This document shows positions 62,056 through 64,000 of a stretch of 64,000 bases of DNA, piece by piece. The DNA comes from Lingula anatina. Taxonomy: Eukaryota; Animalia; Brachiopoda. The notes beneath the pieces are model-generated. The model ran no database searches. It was not told the DNA's origin and saw only the letters and a list, made by a program, of their open reading frames with translations. The position numbers and the translations under genes were made by a program. Where the stretch lies: NCBI GenBank assembly GCA_051362555.1, contig CM120640.1:67000788-67064787 (forward strand), written 5' to 3'. Position 1 is the first letter of the stretch, and every line of letters starts with the position of its first letter.

Positions 62056-64000
62056 AACTAGAGGATCAGAGAGGCGATACCGCCTCCGAATATTGTACCA
62101 CCAGCTGGAGCAAGCGCATTCGTATAGACCCCCACATACACAAAATAAGGGGTGCAGCCACCAGTCTTGTGCTTGACAAGCTGTAAAAATGCAATCAACA
62201 AGAATTTTCAAAATATGCAAAAAATATATATAACTAAAAATGGTGCAATCAAAGTTAAGTTCATTGTAAGGTAGGTCAAAGGTCAATTTCAAGGTCACAG
62301 TAAATTGCCAGTATATGACTTCCTATCCAACTTCAATAGTAACTATGGACCTATCTCTGCCAGTTTTGGAGATAAAAGGGAAGCAAAATTTGCAAAGTTC
62401 AGTTCATGGTGAAAAGTAGGTCAAAGGTCAATTTCAAAGTCACAGTAAGATTGCCAGTATATGACTTCCTATTCAACTTCAATAGTAACTATGGACCTAT
62501 CTCTGCCAGTTTTGGAGATAAAAGGGAAGCAAAATTTGCAAAGTTCAGTTCATGGTGAAAAGTAGGTCAAAGGTCAATTTCAAGGTCACATTTAGATTGC
62601 CAGTATATGACTTCCTATTCAACTTCAATAGTAACTATGGACCTATCTCTGCCAGTTTTGGAGATAAAAGGGAAGCAAAATTTGCAAAGTTCAGTTCATG
62701 GTGAAAAGAAGGTCAAAGGTCAATTTCAAGGTCACAGTAAAATTGCCAGTATATGACTTCCTATGCAAGTTCAATAGTAACTATGGACCTATCTCTGCCA
62801 GTTTTGGAGATAAAAGGGAAGCAAATTTTGCAAAGTTCAGTTCAAGGTGAAAAGTAGGTCAAAGGTCAATTTCAAGGTCACAGTAAAATTGCCAGTATAT
62901 GACTTCCTATTCAAGTTCAATAGTAACTATGGACCTATCTCTGCCAGTTTTGGAGATAAAAGGGAAGCAAAATTTGCAAAGTTCAGTTCATGGTGATAAG
63001 TAGGTCAAAGGTCAATTTCAAGGTCACAGTAAGATTGCCAGTATATGACTTCCTATTCAACTTCAATAGTAACTATGGACCTATCTCTGCCAGTTTTGGA
63101 GATAAAAGGGAAGCAAAATTTGCAAAGTTCAGTTCATGGTGAAAAGTAGGTCAAAGGTCAATTTCAAGGTCACATTTAGATTGCCAGTATATGACTTCCT
63201 ATTCAACTTCAATAGTAACTATGGACCTATCTCTGCCAGTTTTGGAGATAAAAGGGAAGCAAAATTTGCAAAGTTCAGTTCATGGTGAAAAGAAGGTCAA
63301 AGGTCAATTTCAAGGTCACAGTAAAATTGCCAGTATATGACTTCCTATGCAAGTTCAATAGTAACTATGGACCTATCTCTGCCAGTTTTGGAGATAAAAG
63401 GGAAGCAAATTTTGCAAAGTTCAGTTCAAGGTGAAAAGTAGGTCAAAGGTCAATTTCAAGGTCACAGTAAAATTGCCAGTATATGACTTCCTATTCAAGT
63501 TCAATAGTAACTATGGACCTATCTCTGCCAGTTTTGGAGATAAAAGGGAAGCAAAATTTGCAAAGTTCAGCTCATGGTGATAAGTAGGTCAAAGGTCAAT
63601 TTCAAGGTCACAGTAAGATTGCCAGTATATGACTTCCTACTCAACTTCAATAGTAACTATGGACCTATCTCTGCCAGTTTTGGAGATAAAAGGGAAGCAA
63701 AATTTGCAAAGTTCAGTTCATGGTGAAAAGTAGGTCAAAGGTCAATGTCAAGGTCACAGTAAGATTGCCAGTATATGACTTCCTATTCAACTTCAATAGT
63801 AACTATGGACCTATCTCTGCCAGTTTTGGAGATATAAGGGACTAAATGTTATAATTTTGGAGTTACCATAATGTGCCATAAATTTCCTACAGAAAAATTT
63901 TAATTAAAATAAAGAAAAGGTCATTTTGGTCAAAGTTCTTGAAATGGGAGGTTCTCTGAAGTTGCAGAAGTTTAAATTTGATAAAATAATGTCATTTTTG
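62056..64000. mobile_element. Probable non-autonomous Helentron/HINE-type element carrying an internal tandem array (far end not seen)
   Basis: Begins AACTAGAG with a GC-richer leader and short hairpin (GAGGCG-ATAC-CGCCTC), followed by AGGTCA-rich tandem repeats. This layout resembles Helentron-associated satellite elements in molluscs. The classification is inference. Confidence 0.5.
62271..63840. repeat. Tandem array of a 146-bp monomer, about 10.75 copies, with a 4-monomer (584-bp) higher-order period
   Basis: Monomer starts at 62271, 62416, 62562, 62708, 62854, 63000, 63146, 63292, 63438, 63584 and 63730. Diagnostic variants recur every fourth unit. Confidence 0.97.

Noticed and set aside
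62271-63840. CRISPR array interpretation of the terminal repeats
   Set aside because: Monomers are contiguous and near-identical with no unique spacers; no cas genes; eukaryotic context.

Overview
AT-rich, intron-rich animal DNA, probably an invertebrate (the repeat content looks lophotrochozoan or mollusc-like, which is inference). Nothing suggests a prokaryotic origin and there is no CRISPR array. Six genes can be assembled by hand from GT-AG sites and reading phase. In order: the 3' end of a Onecut/HNF6 homeobox gene (+), BICRA/GLTSCR1 (-), the peroxisomal protease TYSND1 (+, ends in SKL), HSDL1 (+) tail-to-tail with its paralogue HSD17B12 (-), and CNOT4 (+), which is head-to-head with HSD17B12. 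Introns and intergenic DNA carry several MITE families with clear target-site duplications, a tRNA-derived unit and an inverted pair of hammerhead-like motifs. The window ends in a 146-bp tandem array with a 4-unit higher-order period, inside a probable Helentron-type element. The most interesting signals are on Onecut. (1) Its stop is in the UGA-CUAG readthrough context, followed by an in-frame, strictly alternating LDVDLDFD tail. (2) A 72-nt frame-preserving cassette exon lies in the CUT-homeodomain linker, like HNF6-beta. (3) A long putative 3'UTR has several miR-9 and miR-92 seed sites. All coordinates and counts were read by eye and no database search was run.
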